In this document: piece after piece, positions 1 to 12,046 of the stretch
Numbering within the stretch: the stretch's first letter is position 1
Layout of the letters: the number at the start of each line of letters is the position of its first letter
NCBI RefSeq assembly: GCF_001194135.2
Contig: NC_068981.1
Coordinates: 181,631,329-181,677,427 of the forward strand
Reading direction: 5' to 3'
DNA from: Octopus bimaculoides
Lineage: Eukaryota
Length of the DNA: 46,099 nt
Notes under the pieces: generated by a model
Databases searched by the model: none
The model's input: the letters and a program-made list of their open reading frames with translations, nothing else
What the model was told of the DNA's origin: nothing
Made by a program: the position numbers and the translations under genes

Positions 1-232
1 GTGCGGGTGGCACATAAAAGACACCATTTCGAGCGTGGCCGTTTTCGTGCGGGTGACACGTAAAAGCACCCACTACACTCTCTGAGTGGTTGGCGTTAGG
101 AAGGGCATCCAGCTGTAGAAACTCTGCCAAATCAGACTGGAGCCTGGTGTTGCCATCCGGTTTCACCAGTCCTCAGTCAAATCGTCCAACCCATGCTAGC
201 ATGAAAAGCGGACGTTAAACGATGATGATGAT
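1..232 (+). mobile_element. RTE 3'-tail copy
   Basis: aggaagggcatccagctgtag...cagtcaaatcgtccaacccatg...(gat)n, same as 34280-34446. Confidence 0.85.
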
Positions 233-934
233 ATATATATATATATATATGTATAAAGAACTTCCCACCATTTTCCAAAATAAAAAGATACCAATGACAA
301 CAACATATTTAAATACATGGGCTTCTGTACAGTCTCCATCTACAAAATCTCACCCCCAGATTATTGGTCAACACGACTTGATTCAAAACTCGGGCAAAAT
401 ATGTTGTGTAAGTGCATATGGGTTAAGGGTGTTTTGGTGCAGGCAATTTGGTTCTGAGGGATTTAGTGCCACTGATTCTATACAAAAAAGGATGTTTTGA
501 TATTTTGTTTATATTCTACATATAAAATGATTTCATTTGCTGGGCGTGGACCACAGTATAAGCTGTAGAGATGCTCAGAATTACTAAATGTAAAACTAAA
601 GAAGCCCTTTTCGCTATACTAGGCAGAAATAATCTTGTTTTATTCTTAACAATTTTTCTCGGTGTAGTGTTGTGATGGCAAGGGAGATAACTCCATGTTT
701 TAACATTTATTTTTCCAAACACTTTAATATTTGTCTGTCTGTCTCTCACCCTGTGTTTGTGTGTGCTTTCAGCACCACATCGTTCATTGCCATAACAGCT
801 TTACCAAAACCTCTGCATCCAATCGTCCTATTTCGTTGCATTTGCTACAACACTTACACTAATATTTCTCATCAGGTCATGAACTACATGCTGTCTTATT
901 ATCCTTTCATTTTAAACCTAAGGCTTTTTGCCTA

Positions 935-1123
935 CTCTTTTACTTGTTTCAGTTACTTGACTGCGGCCATGCTGGAGCATTGCTTTTAGTCGAGCAAATC
1001 TCTCCCAGGATTTATTCTTTGTAAGCCTAGTACTTATCCTATCGGTCTCTTTTGCCGAACTGCTGAGTTACGAGGACGTAAATACACCAACATCGGTTGT
1101 CAGGTGATGGTAGCAAGGAACAA

Positions 1124-1156
<33 letters not shown>

Positions 1157-1322
1157 CGACAGATTTCTTTCAGTTTCCATTTACCAAATCCAATCACAAG
1201 GCTTTGGTCGGCCTGAGGTTATAGCAGAAGACACTTGCCCAAGGTGCCATGCAGTGGGACTGAACCCGGAACCATGTGGTTGGGAAGGAAGCTACCTACC
1301 ACACAGCCACTCTTGCCCTATG
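935..1322 (-). mobile_element. SINE family A (tRNA head, internal microsatellite)
   Basis: Reverse complement of 45168-45705; B-box-like ggttcagtccc. Confidence 0.85.
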
Positions 1323-1349
1323 TAAGAAATTTTAAATATTGTGTCAATA

Positions 1350-1390
<41 letters not shown>

Positions 1391-1392
<2 letters not shown>

Positions 1393-1597
1393 TTTCTACT
1401 CAAGGTACAAGGGCTGAAATTTTGGGGAGTGGGATAGTTGATTATATCGACCTGGTACTTATTATTTTATTGACTCTGAAAGGATGAAAGGCAAAGTTGA
1501 CCCTGGTGGAATTTGAACCCAAAACGCAATGACTGCCAAGTAAAATATTGCCAGGCATTTTTGCCTGATGTGCTAACAATTCTGCCAGCCTACTGCC

Positions 1598-1629
<32 letters not shown>

Positions 1630-2095
1630 CATCTTTTCTACTAAAGGCACAAGGCCTGAAATTTTGAGTAAGAGGGGACTAGTTGATAACATTGACCCCA
1701 GTACTCAACTGGTACTTATTTTATTGACTCTGAAAAGATGACTGGCAAAGTCGACCTTGGTGGAATTTGAACTCAGAAGGTAGCGACGGGTGAAATACCA
1801 AAGTTTTTCGTCCAGTGTGCTTAACAATTCTGCCAACTCACCACCTTTACAATAATAATAATAATAATAATAATAATGGTTTCAAATTTTGCCACAAGAG
1901 CAGAAATTTTGGGAGACGGGTGAGTCAATTACATTAACACCAGTGTTTCACTGGTACTTATTTCATCGACCCTGAAAGGATGAAAGGTAAAGTCGACCTT
2001 GGCGGAATTTGAACTTAGAACTACCAATGGGTGAAATACCACTAAGCATTTTACCCAGTGCGCTAACGATTCTGCCAGCTTGTCATCTTATATAA
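1391..2095 (-). mobile_element. Three tandem SINE family B copies
   Basis: Each has aaaggatgaaaggcaaagtcgac (rc gtcgactttgcctttcatcc, Meta-domain-like by recall); separated by (AAT)n. Confidence 0.85.
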
Positions 2096-2539
2096 TAATA
2101 ATAGTAATAATAATAAAGAGCTGTATAACATTTAACTGTGATGAGTCAGCACAGTTATAGATGTACATCTGATATGTATTAGAAGCTATATAGGTTGTCT
2201 GCTATCCATGTGTTCCTCACTAAGAAGTTTGCAATAAATTGTCTATTTTTATATATCAAAGCAGGGAGTATCTGTATGGTTACTTGACCTGCTAGAAATA
2301 GCAGGGAAATTGTTAAATCATAATCTTTCTGACGGCGAGTTGGCAGAATCGTTAGCACGTTGGACGAAATGCCCGTCGCTACATTCTGGGTTCAAATTCC
2401 GCCGACGTCAACTTCACCTTTACACGGCGGTGCATCAGCATGGCCGCAGTTCTAAGCTGAAACTATAAAAAAAAAAATTTTTTAAATGGACATATGCCAT
2501 AACAGTCTGAAAGTCAAATGGGATCTAATATAGCAGTGT

Positions 2540-2900
2540 GTGTGTCTGTGTGTTCTCTCTTCTTTGACTCGGGTACTAAGGTAGCCATGTATCTCCTCTA
2601 AAGCAAGACACCTGTTTTCTGTTATATTCTGACCTGTTGATCAACTGTCACTAAGCCACCGCCCTCTATACTATTAGGGGTGTTTTGTGGGTTTCTTGGT
2701 GACCTCACTAGTACTAGTGCTGTGTAGAAGGTACCCAGTACACTCTGTAAAAAGGTTGGTGTTAGGGAAGGCATCCAGTCACAGAAACCATATTGAAGCT
2801 GACATTGGAGCTGAGTGCAGTTGTCTGACTCACCAACTTGTATCAAACCATTCAACTCATGCCAGCATGGAAAAACAGACATTAAATCATGGTGATGATT
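2540..2900 (+). mobile_element. LINE 3' fragment with the shared RTE tail
   Basis: agcaagacacctgtt block (also at 29444) followed by aggaaggcatccag tail. Confidence 0.7.
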
Positions 2901-2969
2901 GTTCTATTTTCAGTTAATATTGATTTTTGATTAACATTGATTAACTTTGATTTTCTTTTTTTTTCTCAG

Positions 2970-3089
2970 AGTTCTTCAGTGCAGGAATCTAGTTTCAGTG
3001 GTTTTAGACCTGCAACATCAACTGCTTCATTAGCCCTGTCTTCTAGGCCACAGAGTGACCGGTTGGCAGCCATAAAGTCAGCATTTGCT
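2970..3089 (+). CDS. DDX42: DDX42 penultimate coding exon
   Basis: Poly-pyrimidine+cag acceptor and gtaagt donor; 120 nt, phase 0/0; SSSVQESSFSGFRPATSTASLALSSRPQSDRLAAIKSAFA resembles recalled human GDRLTAMKAAFQ. An in-frame alternative acceptor would start at 2985. Confidence 0.88.
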
Positions 3090-3373
3090 GTAAGTATTCT
3101 CTCAAATGGAAACCAAACAAATTATCTTTTATTTTACTACAGATTGTTAAACTATATTCTTCTAACACTGTTGCTGTTACATCGCTTTACATGTTGGCAT
3201 AGAGTTGCACCATCTATCACATATATGAGACGTGTGTTAGAAATATGTTTGTAGAATTAGCAATTAGTAATTTTTTCATAACTTACCTGGTAATTTGGGT
3301 ACTACTAAACACTTTGTCTTTAAGACTGGTGATATGTAGTTCTCAAGACCTACTTAATTCTTATTTCTTTATT

Positions 3374-3592
3374 GCCCACAAGGGGCTAAACATAGAGAGG
3401 ACAAACAAGGACGACAAAGGGATTAAGTCGATTACATCGACCCCAGTGCGTAACTGGTACCTAATTTATCGACCCCGAATGGATGAAAGGCAAAGTCAAC
3501 CTCGGCAGAATTTGAACTCAGAACATAATAGCAGACGAAATACCGTTAGGCATTTCACCCAGCGTGCTAACGATTCTGCCAGCTCGCCGCCG
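3374..3592 (-). mobile_element. SINE-B variant with different tail
   Basis: Core shared; tail ...cccttgtgggcaataaagaaa on the element strand. Confidence 0.8.
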
Positions 3593-4342
3593 TTTCTGCC
3601 AACCCATGTGTAACTTCCCCAAACGGCTATTTTCAGTTTTTCAGCCATCCATTGGCAGTTACCCATCCACAGCAATGCTGTCATCTTCCCTGTTAAACAT
3701 TGATCAATGCTTATTCTACCCAGTTATTTTCTAAATTCTAAAATCATTTGCATTAAACTCTTCTTATAAATTAATATTGTACATCCAGCAGATCATACTG
3801 CATTACTTTCTAATTTAGATGCAATTACACTCACAAAGTGACCCAGTTTACTTTTTAGCTCACTTAGGTATTATCATTAATGTTAGACAGTAAATTTACA
3901 AACTGTTATTCAAAAAGGCTCCCAGCTTGAGAAGCTGCACTCATTTATACAAATGCTTCAAATGAATTTGAAGAATCAATCTTGCTTAAGCCCTCCACTC
4001 CTTATAGAATACAGGCCACCAACATCTTCTATCCCTCTTGGTCTCAGCTCTGGGCTGTATATCTCCCTGAAGGGAATGTCTTCCTCTCCCAGATTTTGTT
4101 TGTTCTGAATCATCGTTGATGCTTTTGTAACTTATCTTTTGCTAGGTAGGGGTGTTAGCCCTATGGAAACCCATTTTTACTTTTGGAAAGAGCTGATCTA
4201 TCTTTTGATCTTTCCAGTATGGGAGACTGTACAGGGAGCTTGCACTTCTATTGACATAACTCTTAAGGTCATTGAAGTCCAAAAGTCACCACACTCCAAC
4301 AAGGACTGGATCTTGTGGTGGAATCTTGCCATGATAGTACGA

Positions 4343-5621
4343 AAAAATGGTCATCCCATAAGTTCTGTCCGATTTTACCCTTTTAAAAATTAAATAAAAT
4401 GTAATTGTATTTTAGAATGTCTAATGGAATTAAAAATTATTTTTATGCATTTGTGTACATTTAAACTAATTAAATATTATTTTACAGAATAATAGAATTA
4501 AAATTTCTTTGATTAAAACCGTTTCTAACATGGAAGTATCCAAAGAGCATTTAAGGCACATAAGGCTTTATGAGTACAAAAAGGGAAACTCTGCAGCCGA
4601 AGCGACTTGAAACACACACTCAGTTTATGGGAAAGAATGCTTGAATGAAAGAACTTGCAGAAGATGGTTTGCAAAATTCAGAAGTGGAGATTTCAGCCTT
4701 GTTGATGAAGATCAAACAGGACGTCCAGTTGAGTTTGATGATAAGCTCCTTGAGGTATTACTTGAAGAAAATCCTGCATTATCAGTTGAAGAATTGGCAA
4801 TAAAGCTTATTTCAAACCAAACAAATGTTCATCTTCAACAACTTAGAAGGGTTCCTACTGGAAAATGGGTGCCTCGTGAATTGTCTGAAAGCAACCGCAA
4901 ATCCTGAGTTGACATCTGCTCTTCTCTCCATTCTCACAAACTCATTTCACCCTTTTTGGATAGACTTGTGACTGGTAATGAAAAATGGATCTTCTATCGA
5001 AATGTTAAACGTAAACAATAGCTTGGTAAAAGGGAAAAAGCTCAACCACAACTGAGAAGGGAACTTCATGGGAAATATTTCTTCTCTCTATCTGGTGGCA
5101 TTGCAAAGGAGTAATTCACTTTGAATTGTTACCACCTAATGCAACAATCAATGCTCAAGTCTACTGTCAGCAATTAGAGCGTTTGAACCAAGCTTTGAGG
5201 AAAAAAAAAGACCCGCTTTAGGGAATCGAAAAGGAGTGATGTTTCATCAGGACAATGCGCAACCCGACACAGCAAAGATCACCTCACAGGAGATCGAAGA
5301 GCTTGGTTGGGAAAAAATTCCTCATCCACCTTATTCATTCGACCTTGCTCCTTCAGACTACCATTTATTTTGTAGTCTACAGAATCATTTGGGGGGACAT
5401 AACTTTCGCAAGCCAGGAGGAGGTCGAAACTGACATTTCAGAGTGCTTCGCTTTGAAACCAAAAGAGTTTTAGAGTGATGGGATTAAAAAGCTTGTAAAT
5501 AGATAGAAGGAAGTCATAGATAATCAGGGAAAGTACATTGATGATTAAATTTCAATTAAATATAACATTTGATCACTTGTTTCCTTCAAAATTTGGACAG
5601 AACTTATGGGATGACCTGATA
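4343..5621 (+). mobile_element. Near full-length decayed mariner (DD34D-type) in last DDX42 intron
   Basis: TIRs ggtcatcccataagttctgtcc (4349) / ggacagaacttatgggatgacc (5595-5616); transposase relic from ATG 4530 with WVPREL, TGNEKW, HQDNA, YSFDLAPSDYHLF; stops and frameshifts. Confidence 0.95.
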
Positions 5622-5739
5622 TTTAGCAATCTGTTTCTAGTCCAAAATTAGTGAGTAATGACTTGATTCTTTGGAAAGTTATTGTTTTTTTTATCCTTTC
5701 AAGATTTTTCATTGAAGTACATGTTTCTATTTTATTTAG

Positions 5740-5871
5740 GCTCAATTCAAATCGAATTTTGTGGCTGCATCAGAAGAAAACAACACACAATTAATGCACC
5801 AACCTAAATTAAGTGAAAATACGGAGTTACAGCCAGACAGTAAACGCCGTAAAAAAAGTCGGTGGGATTAA
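5740..5871 (+). CDS. DDX42: DDX42 terminal coding exon
   Basis: ttttatttag acceptor; AQFKSNFVAASEENNTQLMHQPKLSENTELQPDSKRRKKSRWD*; matches recalled human SQYKSHFVAAS and terminal KRKKSRWDS. Confidence 0.92.
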   Translation, partial: AQFKSNFVAASEENNTQLMHQPKLSENTELQPDSKRRKKSRWD

Positions 5872-6024
5872 CTTTATCATTTTTATCAGTTAAGAGCAAA
5901 GTGCTTCTCTCACCATCAACATGACACTTTTTACTCAGTTACAGTTACACGCTATCAACTCCTCCTGAATGGGACAATAGTACTACAACTGCCTTTATTA
6001 CAGTGTCTGTTTTGTTTCTTAGCC

Positions 6025-6030
6025 AATAAA
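6025..6030 (+). terminator. Candidate proximal DDX42 polyA signal
   Basis: AATAAA 154 nt after the stop codon. Confidence 0.45.
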
Positions 6031-8888
6031 TCCATCAATCTTTACTTTTTCTATCACCTTCTCTCTTCTTAATCTGTGTATTTCTTACAGACCTCTCCCT
6101 CTAATTCACACACATAACGATTTTTCCCCCCCTTCTTTTCTTCATTCCTTAAAACTTCCAAATCACCCTCTCTTCTTGATTCACCATAACATTGTAAATA
6201 CATTACAATTAAATTGAATGCATTTATATTTTCTGAAAAAAAAAACAAGTATAAAAATGTAAATAGGCTGCCCATTTAGGACCACCTACTTATTTTAGCA
6301 CTACATTTAGATATTATGAAGGACATAAAAGTATAATTTATATATATATATCCACATCCTTGGTGCTGAGATTTCTTTCTACCCATCACCTGCTTCCATA
6401 TTATGTTAATCACAATCATACATTTGTTATAAGAAGTAGTAATATTTCAAGTATTTAGTTTTGAAATCAAAATATTGGTTCTGGAGTCACATGTCTTTGT
6501 CAGATGTTTTTTTTTTTTATAATAATTTATTCTTTTTCATCCTAATCTGTCCCCAGATTGTTGTGTGAGAGATGAACTTAACCAGTGATTCACTAACTAA
6601 CATCACTTGAATATTGATTTACAAGTTCTCTCAATGTTTGATCTTTAATCTCATGTGATTATCTTCCTCAAAATATTGTCTTTTTCCCTGGTGAACAACA
6701 ACAACAATTAGCAGCTTGCTCTTTTTTCAATATATTAGGAATGGAAACCAAGTCGTATCATTTCTCTCTCTTCTCATTATCATGCCAATTTCATACTATG
6801 TTGCTAACTACAGGTCAGCTTAAACTTCTGTTAATATCTGTATAAGAGCAGTTATACAAAATATGAACAATATGAACATAAGTTTGATCTCTAGTTAGAC
6901 ATAGTGTACAAGGATACAGAAGAAACCTTTTACAGATATAATCTGACTATTTTTAATTATTTTTAGCTGTTTTATGCCATTTGAAAGTATTGCAGGTTGA
7001 ATGAACTGCTAGTAGTGCCACTGTTGCAGAACCTCATTGGAAAGGAAGGATATTCTGAAATAGTGTCTTAAATGTAATTCTAGCTCCATAACAAGACTTG
7101 AACCTTAAACAATACAATACTCCTGTTGTCCAAACAGAATTATATTCTCATGACATTTATTTATTGGTTCTTTTGACTAATCCTGCAAAAGTTAAAGGTC
7201 TCGGACATTGACATGACATGGTGCCAGTGATGTGGAACCCTTCAGTCAGCAATATAACATATCATTTCTCAACCATCCCTGACTTTTGATAAATAGTAAT
7301 AACTTTATGGAAACTTGTTTGTTTGTTTAGTGCCACTGCTAGCTTTAGCATTTTTATCATATCAAGTGATGGTTTCCATGTGTCTTCCAATTGCTTCGAA
7401 TAGGCAAGACAATTATAAATTATGTTAATCTGCCTATTGTGAAAGCATTTCAGGATTATTCAATAATAAAAAAAACTGGCTTAGCATTTGATGAGGGAAA
7501 TATTTCTAATATATTGATAAGATATTGGAAGATTATCAGTAGCCTTTTTCTATTAAGAAAAAACAAATCCTTCAAGTGTGAAATTAAAGATTACCTCTGA
7601 GGTTTACACAACAAGCGTGTGTAGATGAAACACTTACAGGATTTTCAAGGATTAATACTCCAAAACAAAACGGAGTTGAACAGAGTTTCTCTTTAATGAA
7701 AGAGAGCAACACATGTTTATAGCCTGGTTGTTTTTTTATAATTTCCACTACGTTGTTTTAATCTTCAAGAATTAGTCCAGCTGAACTCAAAACTAGAAAT
7801 GGATAGATCATTTAAACCATGACACACACTCAGATTTGCAAATATGTAGGTTTAGATGTTGGTAGTAATATTTAAGTGTTTAAAGCTCTGTTTTCTTGCC
7901 CTTATTAATATATTCTTAAAATGGTTTTAATTTCTCTTTATTTAAAGCATTGACCATGTGACAGGTTCTTGTGAACCAATGACAATGTTTTGAATAATCA
8001 GGCATAGCTGTGATATGAGGTGTTTCAGCTGTGACCATAATGTCTATGATTACATGATGCAATGTAGCTTATTTTTAAAGTAGTAGGGTGTGATTTAAGG
8101 TAGGTTTTATTGTTTCTAGAAGGTATAGAGATCATATAGAAGCTGCCTTATTGGCTTGAACTAAGTAATTTCCATGGTAACAATGTTTCAGGTGACTGAC
8201 CGAAATGCAAGAGAAAATTTCATTCAAAGGTGGTTCTGTTTGTAGCTCATTGCTACAAATGTTAACATGTGTTCATTATTCAAATCCAAGTTTTGTAACA
8301 GCTCTCTGTCTAAGAATTAAAATTTTATTTTTTAAAAACTCTTGGATAAATACATCTAAGAGTGCCCTTAGCTTCTTTGAGGCTAATTTTAGATTGTAAT
8401 TGATAAATCTAAGATCTATTCTTAATGGTTTAATTTTTTTTTAATATTAAATACACTAGTCTTGAAATCTAATTGCTGGCAATCATTATAGTGATGAGCT
8501 CCCAATAAACTGAATCTGGGCAGCCCAGTTTTATTTTACAGTTGTTAACCATGTCACTTCACTTCCATTACTAATATCCTCAAACTGTCATGTCCTCTTC
8601 CCTATAAATTCGAATTACTGAATGTAAAATGGAGACTCTTGTATCTCTTTAAGAACAAAAAATACATCCAGTAACAAGTTTTATTTATTTTTTTTTGTTG
8701 TCCTTTTGAAATATTTTTACTGTACAATGTAAAAACAATAGCTCAATATTAGTCTTTCAGACACAATATGATGCTGATATTTCACTGTTCTTCTTACTTT
8801 ACTGGAGAAAAAAAAAATGAAATAATACCTTTGACATTTCTCAGCTGTCCTCAAATTTGTTAACAAATTGTAGTTTGTATTTGTTTTT

Positions 8889-8894
8889 AATAAA
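8889..8894 (+). terminator. Candidate distal DDX42 polyA signal
   Basis: AATAAA in U-rich context near the end of a SINE-free stretch. Confidence 0.35.
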
Positions 8895-9081
8895 GATGTG
8901 GACTACGTGGCTCTCATCCCCTTCCCAACAATTTGATGTTATTTTCTGAATGAAAATAAGAAAATATATTAAACTGATAAAAGCATGTTCTATATGAAAA
9001 TAAATAATTCAGCCCTGACATTCTTAGAGCTGAGAATTTTAGAGTAATGTATTTGGTTTTGTTTGTAATTTGTTGGATTGT

Positions 9082-9625
9082 GTTTTATCTTTTTTATTTG
9101 CTGGAGTTTAGTTGAACAAATCAATCCGAGTACTTACTTAAGTCTGGTGCTTATTCTATTGGTTACCTTTGCTGAACTGCTAAGTTATGGGGGACTTAAC
9201 CCTTTAGCATTTAAACAAGCCATATTCAGCCAAAATATTCTACTGGTTTTATGTTCAAACTGGCCAGGTCCAACCTCTCATACCTACCCTACACTGTCAT
9301 TCACAAAAATAAACGTCACATCATTGAGATCTGAAAGTTACAGGACAATGCAGGATTAATTCAAAACAATGTGGATAAATAAGGATTACATTTGACAGAA
9401 TAAACTGAATGCTAAAGGGATGAACGGATCACCACTAGTTGTCAAGTGGTGGCAGGGACAGACACACTAACCAACTACCACTTTTACTAACAAAGCTTTG
9501 GTTGACCCAGGTCATAGTGGAAAAAAAACAAACTCACCCACGGTCCATGCAGTGGGACTGAACCTGAAATGATATGGTTGCAAAGTAAATTCCTTAACCA
9601 TGTAGCCATGCTTGCACCTACTTGA
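9082..9625 (-). mobile_element. SINE-A split by a MITE
   Basis: SINE body resumes after 9419. Confidence 0.75.
9196..9419. mobile_element. piggyBac-like MITE (second family) inside a SINE
   Basis: TTAA|ccctttagcatt ... aatgctaaaggg; homologous to 11835-12046. Confidence 0.8.
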
Positions 9626-9669
9626 ATTAAATCTGCAACTGAAAAATTTTATAAATAAATTTGAGATGA

Positions 9670-10045
9670 CAGGTGCAGTGTGGCTGTGAGGTAAGAAGAT
9701 TGCTTCCTAACCACATGGTTCCGGGTTCAGTCCCACTGTGTGGTACCTTGAGCAAGTGTCTTCTGCTATAGCCTCGGGCCAACCAAAGTCTTGTGAGTGG
9801 ATTTGGTAGATGGAAACTGAAAGAAGCCCATCGTATATATATATTTGTGTCTGTGTTTGTCCCCTTGCCATCACTGGACAACTGATGTTGGTATGTTTAC
9901 ATCCCCATAACATTCTGTCAGTCTCTTGCCGAACCACTAAGTACTAATCTTACAAAACATAAGTCCTGGGGTCGATTTGTTCGACTAAAGCAGTGCTCCA
10001 GCATGGCTGCAGTCATATGACTGAAACAAAAGAACAATACAAGAA
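9670..10045 (+). mobile_element. SINE-A
   Basis: Head, body and ggtgctccagcatggc tail. Confidence 0.85.
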
Positions 10046-10707
10046 TGATAGCTTTTCAAAAGATAAAAGGAAAATAACACTCAGAAAGATATTTTTATGA
10101 AGAAAATGCTTTTTTTTTTATATCTTTTGGTATAAGAATGAAGCCTTTTTCCTGCCAAGTCTTCAAAAGGCTAACGTGTTTCAGCTTGCAGTTTTTACAG
10201 ATAATTACTCACAGTATGTTGCACTTTGGCACTGATATAAAAAAAAAAACAAAGGCTCTCTTTGATCTCAAGCATTTAAACAAATTTAAGTTCTTTTGGT
10301 CAAAAATGGTAAGTACCAAATTTGATGGCATATGAGACTTTTTCCCTTCCAAAAATGGTCTTAAAAAAAAAAAAAAACAAAAAAAAAAACGGGTTCTATA
10401 TGTAAAGTTGGGCTTTCCATAAGTTAATTTGGTTTCTGATACTCAATTTTCCAGAATATGCAATGCAGAAGTTGGGGTGTGTCATATGCTCATGTGTCTT
10501 TTATACCATCAAATATGGTAGTATGGTTGATTTACCTTTTAGTAAAGAATTTTGAAAGTATATGTTTTGTTTCAATACAATGTGAAACATTGGCAATCTG
10601 TTGTCATTAGAGAATTTAACCAAGTGCTGTCATTTTAACTCGTAAATGTTTCTGCGGCATTTCATATTTAAATAATCATCATCATCATGTACATTCCATT
10701 CCAAGAT

Positions 10708-10827
10708 TCAGACTTGAGCAATTCGTTGTAAAGACCGTGTAGCATCTCGTAGTTTACTCACTAATGACTGTAATTGTTCAACTGTACAAGAGAAACTTAA
10801 TTCTTTTAGTTTCTTTTCACCGGGAAC
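10708..10827 (-). CDS. COMMD3: COMMD3 exon 7 (terminal)
   Basis: Pyrimidine tract+aag acceptor; VPGEKKLKELSFSCTVEQLQSLVSKLRDATRSLQRIAQV*; the seven exons total 576 nt = 191 aa + stop. Confidence 0.94.
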   Translation of the reverse strand, partial: VPGEKKLKELSFSCTVEQLQSLVSKLRDATRSLQRIAQV

Positions 10828-10999
10828 CTTTCAAGAAAAGAGAAAAACGGTATATTTAATACAGAAATGTTGATAAATGGCAGAATTGGTAAAGCAGTGG
10901 AGAAAATAACTTATTTAGTTACATCCCTTAATGTCCTGAGTTGCGATCTGACTTGTGCCGACTTTACTTTTTATCATTCTGAAATCAGTACAATAAATA

Positions 11000-11200
11000 C
11001 TTTCTACAATAGGCACAAGGCCTGAAATTTGTGAGAGGGAGATAGTTGATTACATCGACCCCAGTACTCAACTGGTACTTGATTTATCAACCCTGAAAGG
11101 ATGAAAGGCAAAGTTGGTCTCAGCAGAATTTGAACTCAGAACGTAGTGACAGGCAAAATACTGTTAAGCATTTCACCCGGCGTGCTAACGACTCTGCCAG
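11000..11200 (-). mobile_element. SINE-B (further - copies at about 12605-12820, 27145-27365, 35685-35815)
   Basis: Family core motifs. Confidence 0.8.
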
Positions 11201-11834
11201 TCCATTTAGTCACCTAGACTTCAACCACCAAATCTCTGGTCTTGCATCTAAGAAATCACTTCACAGAGAAAACTAAAATCAGGCAAGTTACTCAGCCCTA
11301 CTTAAAGTACGCTCTGAGTGCGCTGACCATATATGGTCATGAATTCTCATTTGGCTACAGCCTTTATGTTCCAAGGAAAAACAGATTACTATCATTACAC
11401 CACTTTGCCTGGTGAACTAAACGCTCTACTCTTGGAATTTTTGCATGAACTAAAAACAAGCATCTAGTAATAAAGCTTCATTAATATGCAAATCACAATT
11501 TATGACAAAAAAAAAAACAGACAAGGCAACAAAAATATTGATATAAAATGTAAAAGAATCAAATTCTTCGACTACATTTCCAAAGGATGAAATACTTCTG
11601 AACTGTTTCAGATTGTTATGTGGTTTATCCAATGAAAGTGGTTTCATCAGATTGTCTATGTTGTGTTTATTTGCTTATTTAATGATTTCCATTTGTTTCC
11701 CATAACTGGGGTTTCTGACAGATACTGCTACCCCTGGTTAGAGTAGATCCAGGAGCAGTGGTGACTTAGAGGTGACTCTGTAGTCTCCAAGACTCCTGAA
11801 CTTCCAAGTTGGAGCCTCATCATCACAGGGAAGT

Positions 11835-12046
11835 ATTTAAACTGGCCATATCTGGCCTAAATATGCCTCTTGTTTTAAGTTCAAACTGGCCAGGTCTAGA
11901 CTCTCACACCTATCCTACAATGTTATTCTAAAAATAAACAATCACATCATCGAAATCTCAAAGCGATGAGACAATACATCAATTCAAAACAATATGAATA
12001 AATAAGCTTTAGATTTGGCAGAGTAATTTGAACATTAAAGGGTTAA
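11835..12046. mobile_element. piggyBac-like MITE, left end lost
   Basis: Shares gttcaaactggccaggtc and aattcaaaacaat with 9196-9419; ends aaaggg|TTAA. Confidence 0.75.

Noticed and set aside
222-989. Upstream DDX42 exon within the short ORFs here
   Set aside because: No helicase-like or GLG-rich peptide with splice sites; earlier exons probably lie before the window.
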